This document shows, piece by piece, positions 39,130 through 52,400 of a DNA stretch of 64,000 nucleotides (its first letter is position 1; every line of letters begins with the position of its first letter). Origin of the DNA: Styela clava (lineage: Eukaryota); assembly GCF_964204865.1 (NCBI RefSeq), contig NC_135252.1, forward strand, positions 18,476,001-18,540,000, written 5' to 3'. A program made the translations under genes and the position numbers. A model generated the notes under the pieces. The model ran no database searches. It was given only the letters and a program-made list of their open reading frames with translations, and had not been told where the DNA came from.

Positions 39130-41264
39130 ATGAGTGTAACAATTCAAAGTCAAGCTTCTTCAAATTGTCCACGAAATGAAGTAATTCATTTACATCCCCA
39201 ACACAAAAGTGTGTTTGTTCACGGATATGGAGGATCATCCGAAAGTGCTGAACATCAAGCACATATCCTCAGCTCGTACATTTACGACGAATCACTCAAT
39301 AACGACCCAAAGATTGCGGTCATTCCTAACGAAGCACAACGTTTCAATGCTTCTTGCGCTAAAGCAACCACTCATCTGTTAGATTATATAAAGAAAATTG
39401 CAAGAGGCGAACAAAGTTCAAAGAGCAACGGGGATGAATGTGTTGAGCTGCTGGTGTATTGCCACAGTAACGGTGCGAAACCAGTTCAGAAGGCTCTTAC
39501 TCCTGAAAAGCTTACAGAATTATGCAAGAAGGAAAATATCCCTGAAATGGAAATAGACAATTTAATGAGAAGAATAAGAAAGAAAATTGTCGTGATTTCG
39601 TTTGGAGGAGTGACTTACATTCCGGGAAACTATGCCAAGGTATGGTAAAACTGAGATCAGCAGCTGATTATAATTCCTGTTTTTAGTCATTCTAAATAAA
39701 ATACAGCAATAAGGTATACGCAAATTTACTACTTGTTCTATTAGAGTATATCGACTGCAATTGAACCGAGTTTTCTACTGTTGCTAAGATAAATTTATAT
39801 ATAGTTTTAACTTACTGTGCTTACCTTTAATAAGGATTTGAGACTGCAGAGAAATTAATTTACATACATAAATATAAGTTTAAAATGAATTATATATATA
39901 TATGTCGTTTTTTGTTAAGATTGTCATGAATTTTTGTTCAACAAGCGACTATTTTAGCCAGTTTTGTCATTTTATGGAAGTTGGAAAGCAACCGAAAGAT
40001 GACGAGGCAAATCCGAAAATTTATGTGAGAGATCCTGCAATGCCCGAGAGAGAGAGAGAGGTTTCTGCTGGAATATGGGAATATTTTCCAACAGTTAGCA
40101 CTGTCTCGGGGGCGGCCAAAGATTTAGCTTCTAAATGTAAGTGAAACGCCGGAAAGACTGAATCGATTTTTTTGTAATTTGATACCGCATGCAATGCTCT
40201 GATGGCTGGGGCGATATAGGCCTATTGTTTTTTCTCAGCTTCTTTGATAACCAATATTGGCCACATAGACCAAATGAAGATTCGTGTCCCAAGTAACAAT
40301 TGCACAGCACGCTTGAATGTACGTATTGTAAGTTTTGAAGATGAAATAATGGGTTTCATATAAAATTATTTATTCCACCCTAAAGACGTTTCAAATAGTG
40401 ATTTCCTTCTTCCCTTTTCGGTTTAAAATTCTAAATACCGATATTTTTCAAATTTTCATTTTACGTTTATGTAAACCATTTCACACTGCGTGTGATAAAT
40501 ATTATATTGAAGTAAACATTTTTATATTGCATAGCTTGTTGTGAATCGGAGGATCATCCACACTATCTCGGAAGCATTCTGAAGAATAAAAAGATGATCT
40601 GTCACATAAGAGAAGTTCTGGGATTAAAAGCGGTAGAACATCTAAACTAAATGGTTCCATTACATTTGAACCCACGTACATTTGAACCCACGACAATTGC
40701 ACCTGCATGCCATTGCACCTATGGAAATTTTTTTGGTTTTACGGATATTTGTACTCATACTAACCTAACCCATGGGTTTTAGCACCCGCATATTGATTGA
40801 ACCCGCGGATATACACATGGGTTCAAATGTACATGGGTTCAAATGTACGGTCACCAAACTAAATATACAATGAATAAAGTTTTAAAGCATAATTTTTGAT
40901 AAAATAATTGTAAAACATTTTTGGTATTATAAGCTTACGATTTTAAATAAGGGTTATTTTAACATCAGTTGAGTGCATTCACTACTAAATATGAGAAACA
41001 ATTTATATGTGTTGTTTTCAATATGCTTTGATCGATATATATGATTTTATAATATTAAAAGAATCAAGACTAGTTATCACTAGTAACAAATGTCTATATC
41101 AAGTGATTCCTAATTTCATAATTTTTCGATGTTTTAGCCTGTTTACTCTATTCCCCCATGATGGTAGATATTTAATATATAAAACTAAATCATCGTTCTA
41201 TACTTTTTGTAGTTTAAACTGGGTTTTCTCAGGTTTAAGAGCCGGCACAGGGACGCTCCAGTAG
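39130..41264 (+). CDS. Alpha/beta-hydrolase-fold-like protein D, copy 2 (~252 aa model)
   Basis: Exons 39130-39639, 39920-40136 and tentative 41233-41264 (phase-compatible, CLRAGTGTLQ*). Motifs VFVHG, CHSNG, ISFGG, STSD. Confidence 0.6.
40653..40855. mobile_element. Mutator-like MITE, copy 2
   Basis: Same inverted ends and AAACTAAAT TSD as 17862-18064. Confidence 0.8.
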
Positions 41265-42563
41265 TGTGTGTACCAATATTGAGGTAACTAATTTTGTTCG
41301 CCTACTTTACATCAAATTGTGTAAAGAGACGGATGCCTTTGGAAAAGGGGGTGTATTCACTTACACTTAGATAACACGGACAGTCCCTGAACTCGTAATA
41401 GAAGCAAAATGAGGAAAATTGGAATAAAAGTATATATGCCCTAACCCTAACCTGGTACCAACACTACTTGAGTATCAGAACAGAACTCTGAGTTTTATCA
41501 GTCCTGTAATCGAAAATCGGTGACAGATTATTTTGCCTCAAATTATTCAGATTAGAAGGTAGGAGTCATAAGTATTAGGCTAGAATATGTTAACAACCAG
41601 AGCGAGAGTCGTGAATTAGGGTATCGTATAGATTAGTGGTTCCCAAACTTTTAAGGCATCGTCGCCCCCTTACAGTAATTTACATTATATTAAACTATAT
41701 TTTCAGTAAATTATATTCTGTATTTGAAATCGGATACGAAAATTCCGATCAAAACAGTCCTCGCTCGCGATAATGACAATCGTTAAAATTGCTGATTTTT
41801 TCAGCGATGATGATTTGTCTGTTGTGCAGAACAGTCAGTTCATTGCCGATACGAATATTAACAAGAATTTGTCATTTTAAAATAATAATTTCAATGTAAA
41901 TGACCGTTGGGCCTACTTACAATAAAATGAAAGTATTTTGGCTCTGAAATACTGCAAGCTGCGTACATAAAATGTATTGTATACTGCTCGATTAGAATTA
42001 TTCGCATTTTCCGATCTTGATAATTTGTTAAATTTAAGCCGCTCGCGGTTATTATCAAGATATCACCGTTAGCAAAATGCCAATGTCGACAATAAAATTT
42101 TACAACACAACATTGATTAGTTTTGATCAATTTATCACAATATGGAAAGAAGTCGTGTGGAATCCGGCGGTAATTCAATAATGGATAATGGAATGGATCA
42201 ACTTCAGATAACTGCGGTGTAGTTTCCGATCGAAAATTCCGAAATTTTGCAATTTAATTTCAATTTCGTCTGCAAAATCTTGTTTTCGCTTGTTTTTACA
42301 ACTATTAAGGGATTTATATCTCAGTAAATTGTACTATTTATAATAACTATAGTAGGGTATATCTGGGGAGAATCACAGCGTGCAATCTTAGCGGTTAACT
42401 ATGAGTAAAGCTACGCTACGATTTCAAAAATTTTTGAGTATACTCGTAGGTCGCGAGGTTTCACCAAATTTATTTTCGAAAGAATTTGAGTTGCTTGAAA
42501 AAACGTTAGGAACCTCATTAACATGACTGTACCAAATACTGCATCTATTTGGTTACTCTAACC

Positions 42564-42872
42564 CAGGGGTCGGCAACCTACAGCCCGCGGGCCGGATTTT
42601 ACTATAATTAGATAAATGGCAACAAAACGCAGAAAAGTTGATGCTAAGTGCAAAGGGTTCAATGGCGCCGAGAACATTCAAATGGAATTTTTTGAGATGC
42701 AATGCAATGAGGAAATAAATCTATATTCTATTCTAGAGATTTCTCGCTGCATGATTTTCATTATAAAAAGTATCATCCGTTCGGTTTTCAATTTTCTTAA
42801 AAAATGTGCGCCCCGCCAATGACTGCAACCCTTCATTTTGGCCCGCAAGTGACAAAAGGTTGCCGACCCCTG
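42564..42872 (+). mobile_element. hAT Charlie/Buster-type derivative, copy 2
   Basis: Same TIRs and ORF remnant as 19771-20079. Confidence 0.8.
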
Positions 42873-43769
42873 CCTAACCTTTCATACACAATATTCTTAG
42901 TTTCTATCCGATGCATAATCCAGAAAATACATCACCTATATATCACAATAAAACACATGGTTTTCAACGAGCAAAAGAGTGGCCACGTCGATGAGAAATA
43001 AAACTTTTACATTCTAATTCATCAAGTGCCTCAAACTCAATACCGCCACTATTCTGAACCGAATTGATTTTTTAATTCCAATTGTGGTATAAATACGCTT
43101 GAGTGAATATTTCCCGCTACGACTCCGAGTTACATGGTATAAGTGCGTATTCACGTCTTGTACTTTGCTCACCCGAATAAAACTCTTCAATCCATTCACT
43201 AACAACTGACTGTAGGAACACTGGAAAGTCAATGGCTCAAATGAACAGATTGTTAAATTTATTGGACACGTAGTGGACATAACGATCGTTTTGTTGTTAT
43301 GTTGTTCTCAGTCTTGTTCTTGTTGTTGTGTGACACGTTTTGAAAAAATCGCCTTTCTCTTTGATTACTGGACCAATTGCTTTGAAATTTCCAGTGGGTA
43401 AAGATGGAATTTTTCTCCAAAGGGCTATTACTTTTTTTTTTGCTATGACGTCATCAAAATTATGTGGCTCTACGTGTCCATATATTTGAGCATAGCTCTC
43501 TTGTTTTAGATGAGGTGATATTATCTAAATCGTTATTTTGAGTTCGACATGTACGTAAGTAAATAAATGGAGCTTTAATTACGCATTAGAAATTGTAGAA
43601 ACAGAAGGTGAAGCGGAAATGTTATGAAGTGAAACAATGACGCATGCTGGGTTATGCGGTTCAAATTTTGATTAATATCACATTTTCGGTTTGACGAGTT
43701 AGTTTAGTTTGGATTTGTTTATCAGTTATTCAGTAAAAAGCTACAAGACTGTAGTTCAAAACAAGAAAC

Positions 43770-46700
43770 ATGATGTGTAATTCTTTGTTCCTGTTGCTTA
43801 TTGCGGGATCAAGTCTCGGTGAGAAAGTTTTAAAATAAATGACCCTACTTAGTGTAAATTAAAGACTAAAAATTATTAAAATTATGTATTTGTTTATTTC
43901 TCATAAAACAAATTCATTATTAACATATAAAAGCTTTCACGATATCACACGAATTGAGAATGTCGCCAAATTAACGAACAACGCATGCCGATTGGAACAT
44001 GTTTCGTCTAAATAACATAACCTAGTCCTAAGCTATGGCTTAGTCAAAATTAATAAACTTCATAATGTTACTCCTATACACAGCAAAAATATCGCCAAAC
44101 TCAGAAGATACCTGTGATGACATATCACACAATTTTGACTTGACGGTAAGTTAAATTATTTATGTATTGTTGCAATTTTATAAATACAATCACCAAAACG
44201 CGTGTAAATACTATTAACCTAGCAAAAATCATTCTTGCGCAGATAATATACACATTGAATAACAAATTATCAGCGGCATTAAACCTCAAAATGTTATTTC
44301 TCGAATTTCATATGTCGATGTATGAATTCAAGGAAATGTTGCATTTGTTGTAAATAATTTGTAGTATACTATTCTTGCTCTAATTTTATACAATTGATTG
44401 TTTAGCATATTTTTTCTTACTTCTTAAAAAACCCTTCACAAAAATGTGAAGTAAAGTGTGTTTCATTCTGTTTGTTTCAGTTAACCAGCGAACAAGGTAA
44501 GATGTGACTTTTATTACAATATTGATTGGTTTAACGGTCCCAGAATCTTTATTTGGATTCAATTTGAGAGAATCTTTGAATAAATATATATATCAATCTC
44601 ATTAGTTTTACATGTTCAAAATCTTCGTACACCAACAGACACACTAAGTATTGGTAAGCTAAAGCAACTTAAATCTATACCAGATTCAGAAATACATCAG
44701 AAGGTTTGTTAATTCAGATTTGCGAATGCAGTTGGAAGAAAAGCTTACATTATTGTTAATGAATAATTTTGACGGAGATCTTGTAATAAACACTCAAATA
44801 TTTGAAAATGTTGCACGCACCAACCTAAATCATACAACTACAGATAGAGATGATACCACCGACAATAATGTTGAATATTCTAGTTCCGCGTCTTCTAATG
44901 ATGTCACAACTGATCCGTTTTATTCAAGGACAAATTTGATAACAGAGAAAACTGAATTGAGTACAAAGAAGGAAATTACGACAGGTTTTAATAATTTTTC
45001 TTCATATTTTCAACGTAAATGTAGATCAAGCTACACCAACAACTCGAATTGCAATGCATTATGTATACACAGTGTAGAAGGGAACCAATAAAAATATTGC
45101 AATGACAAAAATTTGAAAAAAAAAACTCTTCAAATATGTATGAAATTATGGAAGTGTATGATCGCAAAACCCAACAAATTTGTATTCTAGTCAAAATTAT
45201 AATTATTACTCAATTCTTATGGTAGTAGCTTATACAATTGAGGTAGTTTAGTCATTTGGTAAGGTATTTAAACTATAATGTCCGTAATATAATACGAACG
45301 CGTCATCTATCGATTTCATTACATTCAATTATTGAACCTAATTGACCTCATTTCAGGCACTTACGAAATATACCGACTGGGAATGGCCGAGAAGTACCGA
45401 CAAATTGATAACAACCGACAAAGATGATATTGGAGATGTGGTGACCACTGACACGGATTCAACTCTTCTTCAGTCTTCTACTTTAACTACTCTCGTTGAT
45501 AGGAATGAAGGAAGCTCACATTCAGGTATCGGTACTAGCAGAAGATTTCTGTCTTCCTCTTGATCATTATATTTACAACGTATAGTTAATATTATGTAAT
45601 AATATTATGTTTTATATCAATATCAGATTTACCCGAGGATTGTACAAACATGCAAAAGAAAAACGCGAAAACTAAAAACGCTACTGGTGGAGTATTTAAT
45701 ATTTATCCTGAACCAAACGAAAGTTCCATTGAAGTTTATTGTGATCTCGTCACCGAATGAGGAGGATGGATTGTAAGCTTTGCATTTTGAACAAAGCTAG
45801 TATAAGCTGATTAAAAATTATCCCTTGTATCAATTTTCAATATTCACTAATCACTCCACTCTCATGAGTGAAAATTTTATAAATCTGCACGGATACGTAA
45901 ATTTGACAAAATTTTTGTAACATTTCGTTGTGAATCAATCATTGAATAATATAAGAACAACAGCAAACTTGATTTCAAAGGTGTTTCAACGACGAATGGA
46001 TGGATCGGAAAATTTTTATAGAAATTATTCTGACTACGTGAAGGGGTTTGGAAAAGCCGATAGAGAAATGTGGCTTGGTAAGTTTATTTACTTTTAATAT
46101 TGTTGGAATATTTGCAATGTAACAATTTTGAATGAAGTTGCGATAAGAAAATGTCAAAAAAATTTAATATTGATCAAAATGTGCAACTCGGTTGGTTTAC
46201 TTGCCCAATTCTAAATCCAGAAGTCATAAAATTAAATATTTCCATATTAAATCTTTGAAATTGTATAAAATCATTCAAGTTAACATAAAAACGAGAATAT
46301 CGGTTGGAAACCGAAGACTTATCGATCGATAGTTAGGGGATCCCCCAAAACAGAAACTGCAGTTTCGATTCATCCGCTCTTGTAACTTGCGCACTGCGCA
46401 TCGCACACACACACTCGGCGGGTTTCAAAATTCTCTCGCTTTACAAAAATCTAGATCACTATATCAATAATTGATTGATAACTCGCTAATTATACGACAT
46501 AATTCGCCCAAAATCAATAGGCTACTGGTCCGAGATAAGATGAATGCACATGCAAAATCTGGAGCAGATTCAATCTCGCTTTCGTGAGATATCGCGTGCA
46601 TCTAACAGACAGACATACATACAGACATACATACAGACAGACATACATACAGACAAATACCTATCAATATACTTACCGATCTTAAGATCGATAAGTAATT

Positions 46701-47779
46701 AAGCACCAATACCATGTATAATGATACCTCATTTGCGCCAATATAAACTTCAGGTCTGGAAACGTTGAATCTGATTACGAATAAATATGATTGTGAACTT
46801 CGTATAGATATGAAAGATTGGGAAAACAACACATCTTACGCCAAATATGGGTGAGTCGCGTGATAAAAAAATAAAAAGCCAATGAATTACACATAGCTTA
46901 TAAATGTGGGTTGGACTTTGAAAGGCCAATCTGTCACCCTATTTAGGAAAGTCGCCATTGACTTCAAGTTTTAGTGTTATTTGAGCACGCACTCGGGAAG
47001 AAATGCTAGAGCAATGGAAGTTGGCTATTATATAATTTCTTTATTAAACTTGGCATCTTGGAATTGTTGTGAATTCGGAATAGCTTTTTCTAATATTCAA
47101 AATATTTCATATTGATTGAATGAAACTACATAAGCTACAATAATGCGGATAAAAACACTCGAAATAAGATAGAAACGTACCAGACTACTGTAATATTACT
47201 AGTACAAACAAAAAATAAATGGGACCTCCTGAAGTATGCGCACCAAGATGGCGCACAATCTGAACTCGGGTTGTGTACAAAGTTAGGTTTCAGGCTGTGC
47301 GACATCTTTGTGCGCATACTTCAGGAGTACCAAATAATGATATACGTTTGACTGCTGTTGATAAATAGTCAAGAAACGAATCTCAAAACCCCTCAGACAT
47401 ACTGTAGAGACGCAGTTGAAGGACAGAAACATGAATAACGCTCTAAATTTCTAGGGTGTTTAAAGTTGGAGATGAAACTAACAAATATCAACTCACTGTG
47501 GGGGAATACAGTGGAAATGCGGGAGATTCAATGCGAAATCATTCTACAATGAACTTCACAACAAAAGATTACGACAACGATATCTGGCAAAGAAATTGCG
47601 CTCAACGATTCAGAGGCGGTTGGTGGTACAATAAATGCCATCAATCTAACCCAAACGGCATTTACTTATCAGGAGAATCTGAGTTTGGCGTTGGAATCAG
47701 CTGGTTTACCTGGAAAACGCACAGATACTCCCTCAAATTTATTGAGCTGAAACTCAGGAAAAAATCTAAAACTATATGA
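43770..47779 (+). pseudogene. FReD gene type A copy 3 (mosaic of A2-like 5' and A1-like 3')
   Basis: 9 exons, TGA at 45758-45760, shifted exon-5 acceptor, and intron-7 HINE as in A1. Confidence 0.88.
46292..46698 (-). mobile_element. HINE/DINE-like element, copy in A3
   Basis: Essentially identical to 2589-2995. Confidence 0.75.
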
Positions 47780-48234
47780 TCTCGCGCGAACCTTGCAAAA
47801 TAAACGATCAAAATAAACGATTGGTTTTTAAGCGAGCTAGTGTTATGCTGAAGTCCCTCTCGTTTTTTTCCATATGTGTGAATGGACATCAGTGGCCTAA
47901 CATGTAGCAAATTTTTGAGCTACCATTTATGGTGATTGATTACCATTTGGGATTGCTGCCTGCATATAAATGGCCTGGCAATTGATGTAAATAAGTGACT
48001 TTCGAAGATTTTAAACATTTTGTCATCATATATATACGTTTGTTCCATATTCAAATATACCCATAATAATATGTCACGGATGCCGTCAGCATATTAGCGA
48101 GTTTCGTCCACGCACGCTTCAATCATCCCATTGGCATACTCGATCCGTATAAAACCGGAGAGTACAAGGTTTGATTTGACGATCGCAGCGTGTGTGAAGC
48201 ACATTTAGTTTCGCTACGTGGTAAAACGGGACGT

Positions 48235-48680
48235 TGGCTCGAGGGTAGGTGAGTTGAGGTACATAGACAGTGGGTCGAAGATAGGAAGGTAAGAGGGATC
48301 GGAACGCGGGCCGGCGATAGAAAGGTTGAGGGAGATATGATGGTGGCACGTAGATAAGTGGTGAGTCCAAGATAGAAGGGTGGGAAAGATAGGGCAGGGC
48401 AGTGGGTCGAGGATAGGAAGGTGAGAGAGATAGGAAGTTTGTGCCCAGTGGGTCGAGGATAGGAAGGTGAGAGAGATAGGAAGTTTGTATGAGATAGGGC
48501 AGTGATTCGAGGATAGGAAGGTATGAATAGATAGGTGGCTAGTCGAGGATAGGATAGTGAGAGAGATAGTGCAGAGGATAGAAAGGTTGGGGAGCTGGGG
48601 CAATGTGTGGAGGACAAGAATGTTGAGGGAAATGGGACAGCGGGTGTAGGATAGAAAGGTTGAAGTAGATAGGCAGGGCC
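48235..48680. repeat. Minisatellite upstream of B3
   Basis: Same ~37-bp unit, with internal unit gains and losses relative to the 4535-4960 copy. Confidence 0.85.
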
Positions 48681-49497
48681 ATTTTGTATCTTGCTCTTCT
48701 GTGTTAAAGGTTGCACATCCCTGATTTAGCGTATATATAAAAGACTAAAAATTTTGAAAGTCTGCATATAAACTCAACTAAGGGCAAGCCGCAGTAAACA
48801 GTCTGGCGGGCCGTGGGTTGGGCAACCAATATATAAAGCTACAGCTCCTATGACCTATACCGAGCCGTAGTTGTTGCCGAATATAGGAGATTGAAAACAT
48901 CGTCCTGAAAACTTTGGTACCGGGATGCATGTATACGATCAATAACTTCTTACAAATTTGAAAATCTATTTATCCATAGTAAAACTAAAACACATTGCAT
49001 ATGAGACGTTGATATAAACGTAAAACATATTTGTTATAAATTTCAATGATCGAGTTGAGTTGTCGGTGTTTTTCCACAGCAACAATGGAATAATGAATAG
49101 AATAATAAATAAATAGAATAAAAAATCTTTGGCGCTTAAATATTATACTGAGCTCAACAATGCCATGAACCTCCCAAAAATATAGAAAACTACTTCGATG
49201 TAAAATGGAAGTAAATTAAAAAGCTCTCAAATTTATTTTGATTATCGGGAAATAATTTCTAAAATACTATTTTGAGTACAACGTGTACGTTAATAAATAC
49301 ATCGACAGTTTGAAAGTTGTATTACCAAAAGATAAAGAGGAAATGTTATGACGTGAAATGATGACGCATGATGGGTTATGCGGTTCAAATATTAGTTGAC
49401 ATTATCATTTTCGGTTCGACGAGTTAGTATGGTTTGATTTTTTCTATCTGTAAATCAGCAACAAAACTTCAAGCTTATAATTCAAAAAAGAAGAAAC

Positions 49498-52400
49498 ATG
49501 ATATATCAATATTTGTTCGTGTTACTTATTGCGTGTTCAAGTCACGGTAAGATGGTTTTAAAATATTTGACCTACTTGATGTAAATTAAATACTAAAATT
49601 TAATAAAAGTATGTATTTGTTTATCTGTCATAAAACAACTCAATTGTTGACATATAAAAGCTTTCACGTTATTACCCGAATTGAGTAATTTAAAAGCCGG
49701 TTAGAACATTTGTTGTCTAGATAACGTATATTAACTACGGTTTAGTCCAAATTGACAAACTTCATAATGTTATTCCTGTAAACAGCAAAAATATCGACAA
49801 ACTCAGAAGATCAGTATGATGGCATATCATACAATTTTGACTTTACGGTAAGTTGAATTACTTATGTTTTATTGTAGTTTTATGAGTACGATCACCGAAA
49901 AATGCGTTAATACTATTAACTTAGCATAGATGATTATCGCACAGATTATATACACATTGAATAACAAATTTTCAGTAGCAATAAACCGCAAAATGTTATT
50001 TTTTGAATTTCTTACGTCGGTGTCAGCATTTAATATATATATAGGCTACATGTAGAACACGATCATTTGTGAAGTCTTAACACCGTGGTTGTTCATGTAA
50101 AAGTTGCATCTGTTGTTTATAATTTTGTAGTATATTAACTTTGCTTCAATTTTATACAATTGATTGTTGAGCATATTTTTTGTTACTTCTCAAGTGACCC
50201 CTTCATAACACAGATGAATAAATTTACGTTTTACATTGTTTGTTTCAGTTCTCAAGTGAACAAGGTAAGATGTGTTTTTTATTCTTATATTGATTTGTTT
50301 AACGGCCCCAGAATCGGTTTTATTTTGATTCAATTTAAAAGGATTTTTGAATAAGTATATATCTTAATCTCATTATGAGTAAACTAAAGCAGTTCAATTT
50401 ATTCTACACCAGATTCAAGGTTTTTTTTAATACAGATTTGCGAATGCAGTTGGAGAAAAAGCCTACATCAATTCTATTGAACATTTTTGATGGTAATCTT
50501 GTAATAAACACTCAAATATTTGAAAATGTCGAACGGTCCAACCTAAATCCAACAACAACAGATAGAGATGATACCACCGACAATAATGCTGTATATTCTA
50601 GTTCCTCGTCTCCTAATGATGTCATAACTAATCCGCTCTATTCAGCGGCAAATGGAATACATGAGAAAGCTGCATTGAGTACAAGGACGGAAATTACGAC
50701 AGGTTCAATCAATTTTTTTGACTCCTATAAGCATACGTGTAGATCAGGCAATATCAAATACTCAAATTACATTAATATACACAGTGTAGAAGAGAAACAA
50801 TTATACTATTGCAACGCTAAAATTTGGGAATATGAAAATTTGTTAAATATATCATGAGTCTAACAAATTTCTATGCTATACCAAATTTTAATTGTTAATT
50901 CAATATAGGTAAATCTAAGCAATTGGTAAAGTATTTAAACTATAATATCTGTAATATAATAAGAACGCGTCATCTATCGATTCGATTAACAATCTATTTG
51001 ATCCTATTTCAAGCACTAACGAAATATACTTGGGGATGGCCGCTTAGTACTGACCAATTGATAACAACCGACAAAGATGATATTGGACATAGAGTGACCA
51101 CTGACACGGATTCAACTCTTCTTCAGTCTTCCACTTTATCAACCTTCGTTGATAGGACTAGAGGAAGCTCACATTCAGGTATATGTAGGCTACTAGCAGA
51201 ACATTTCTGCCTTCCTTTTGGTCATTAAAATAAATATTATGTTTATGTCAATACCAGATTTACCCGAGGATTGCACAAACATGCACAAGAAAAACGCAAA
51301 AATTAATAACGTTACTGGTGGAGTGTTTGAAATATATCCTGAACCAACTGAAAGTTCCATTAAAGTTTACTGTGATCTCGTCACCGACGGAGGAGGATGG
51401 ATTGTAAGCATTGTATTTTTGAACGAACCCAGTATAAGCTGATTAAAAAAACTATCATAAGCATCAACTTGCTATATTCACTACGCTCTCATGATTACAA
51501 ATTTTATAAATCTGCGCGGATACGTAAATTTGGCCTTTTTTTTGGTAACATTTCGTTTAGCTGAAAGGCTGAAACATTGAATAGTATGAGAATACCACAA
51601 AACTTGATTTCAAAGGTGTTTCAACGACGAATGGATGGATCGGAAAATTTTTATAGAAATTATTCTGACTACGAGAAAGGGTTTGGAAAAGCTGATAGAG
51701 AAATGTGGCTCGGTTAGTATATTTACTTTTAATATTGTTGGAATATTTGCAATGTAACAATTTTCCAAATAAATATCGTATACAGATTATCTCAAATAAA
51801 CGGCACATGAAGCTGTGATAACAAAAATGACAAGCAATGTTAATATTGATCAAAATTTGGTTTCAATTGGTTTACTTGCCTATTTCCAGATTCAGACGTC
51901 ATAAAACTAATTGTTTTCATATTAAATCTTTGAAATCGTAATAAAACATTTGAGTTAACTTAATCATGAAGCACTAATACCCACCCTTGTCCATGGGAAT
52001 AAGATTTCCATGGGAAACGTCTCTTGGGATGGGATGTGACAGCACACATTTGTATTTCACATGGGACACGTGGGTAATGAAATAACAGATGATTTTCGTG
52101 GAAACGATGGTAAAACATTTCGTTATGAATTTCGTGTCCATATATTTGAGCATAGCTTTCTTGATGGTTATAAAGAGCAAAATGTATTCAGCATTGCAAA
52201 TTCGTTTTATAAAGGGGCTAATGGACACGTGTATAATAGGTATAAACTTGAAGTTAACAAAGTCAGATAATTTGTTGTTTGCATGTCTCATCGTACATGT
52301 AGTCCTATTTAGTAGACGCTAAACTTAAATTTAACAATTTTATTGTTTTCCAATGCGAATCCCATGGGATGGGACAAGCATAGATTGTTATGGGATGGGA

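Larger units (their letters stand above)
20913..43705 (+). repeat. Unit II of a ~21-23 kb tandem segmental duplication (unit I 1-20912, partial unit III from 43706)
   Basis: Sequence at position 1 recurs at 20913 and 43706. The B-C-D block recurs at an offset of ~22770-22793 with only scattered substitutions and indels, and the ORF track is duplicated almost identically. Confidence 0.97.
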
